From Eledone cirrhosa (Eukaryota), in NCBI GenBank assembly GCA_964016885.1, contig CAXHJY010001504.1, positions 248,001-312,000 on the forward strand: DNA of 64,000 nt, read 5' to 3'. The notes beneath the pieces are model-generated. The model was not told where the DNA came from. It did no database searches and saw only the letters and a program-made list of their open reading frames with translations. Made by a program: the position numbers and the translations under genes. Shown here piece after piece: positions 62,383-64,000 of the stretch (the first letter of the stretch is position 1; every line of letters begins with the position of its first letter).

Positions 62383-62796
62383 ATGGAGTTTGTTTAGATC
62401 ATGGCCGAGTGGTTAAAAATGTTTGTTTAAAATTGTAAGGTCCCAGTATTGATTTCACAGCTAGGCATGTTGGGCAATTAAGTATGTTGCAGTATACCTG
62501 CCGGGGTCGACCCAAACCTACGTTGTGAGTGAAAGTGGGTGGGTATGATGTACCTGTAATTAACGTGTCATGCTGATTGATTCTGCCTGAGAATTGCATC
62601 CAGCGTACACGTGTCTGTACAAAACTCACCCATATAAAGATTAATTCAATTTCAGTTAGTAGGCAATTAATTTGCTCGAACAACTAGAGAGTGTATGGGA
62701 GGAAATCCATTGTCATTTTTCGGGTTATCTATATATATACTATATATACTATTTATGTACACACACAAACATGCAATCGCGCGCGCACGCACGCAC

Positions 62797-62922
<126 letters not shown>

Positions 62923-62960
62923 GTGTATATATATAAGAATAACATTAAGAAAGATACTGA

Positions 62961-62994
<34 letters not shown>

Positions 62995-63097
62995 CATATA
63001 TATATATACATATATATATATATGTATGTATATATATATATATATATGTGTATGTGTGCGTGTATGTATTTATGTTTGTATATCATGTATCATATTA

Positions 63098-63166
<69 letters not shown>

Positions 63167-63238
63167 ATATATATATGTGTGTGTGTGCGTGTATGTATTT
63201 ATGTTTGTATATCATGTATCACATTATATATATATATT

Positions 63239-63282
<44 letters not shown>

Positions 63283-63531
63283 CGTGAGTGTGTGTGTGCG
63301 TGAGTGTGTGTGTGTGTGAGTGTGTGTGTGTGCATAGAGTAACATAGTTATGTAGTTTTAACCGCCATGTAAAAGGTAAACAAAATTGAAAGTTTAATTT
63401 AAACAGGTATAATTTTCATATGAATTTATCCCAAAACACTGTGTAATGTAGTACAACTATATACATAAGTATCTACACTATCTATATATCTATTAATCTA
63501 TCTATCTATCTATATGCCCCACCCCCCCCCC

Positions 63532-63562
<31 letters not shown>

Positions 63563-64000
63563 ACGAAGGAGTTTTGGTAAGGAACCAGAGGGGACCATAA
63601 CGCACCAGAGCACTCAATACTTAGGGTAGTAGAGTGGGTAATAGGAAAATGTATGACCCCGACGGCAGAGCTCAGTCCAGAAATAGCCGTCGAAACGGCT
63701 TGAGCTCTGCCGTCGGGGTCATATATTTTCATATATATATCTATATATATATTCATATTTATAAACATGTATATAAACATCGATTCATATGTACACATAT
63801 ATATATATGTATATGCATACATGAATCGGTGTGTATATACATCTTTATGAATATATATATATATATATAAATATAATATAATATAAAACCATACGCATGT
63901 ATACATATATAGACATACATAGTTGATATAATGTAGGTAAAAATACTTACAAGTCCACCACAACAATGACTATATACACACATACATATATATATATATA

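Noticed and set aside
62400-62470. tRNA gene (TGGCCGAGTGGTTAA A-box)
   Set aside because: No cloverleaf or intact B-box; decayed SINE head.

Overview
This is AT-rich, microsatellite-saturated animal genomic DNA; the repeat content resembles octopus/coleoid cephalopod (inference). Nearly all ORFs in the supplied track are translations of (TA)n/(CA)n/(CAT)n repeats. One credible host coding exon is present: a minus-strand first exon at 57979-57571 with an eh1 motif (FSISRILG), a hexapeptide-like YCPWF and a GTGAGT donor. It resembles a Tlx/C15-type NK homeobox gene, but I found no homeobox exon in the window. The rest is tRNA-derived Nin-domain SINEs, LINE remnants (Tx1/L1-like, CR1-like, and an RLE-type LINE sitting in (TACA)n), and MITEs. 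The most striking signal is about 20-25 short (100-400 bp) non-coding islands inserted in (TA)n tracts, from many sequence-unrelated families with a shared architecture: (i) a minimal type I hammerhead ribozyme (CTGANGA...GAAA-palindrome-TH), with stem I covariation between copies; (ii) a 3' RCTC-loop-GAGY stem-loop; (iii) frequent head-to-head inverted duplication, in which one arm ends a few nt before that stem-loop and the other carries the full tail. These look like Penelope-like pLTR/retrozyme-type elements, possibly with a two-template, two-primer insertion mechanism (inference). All alignments and folds were done by eye.
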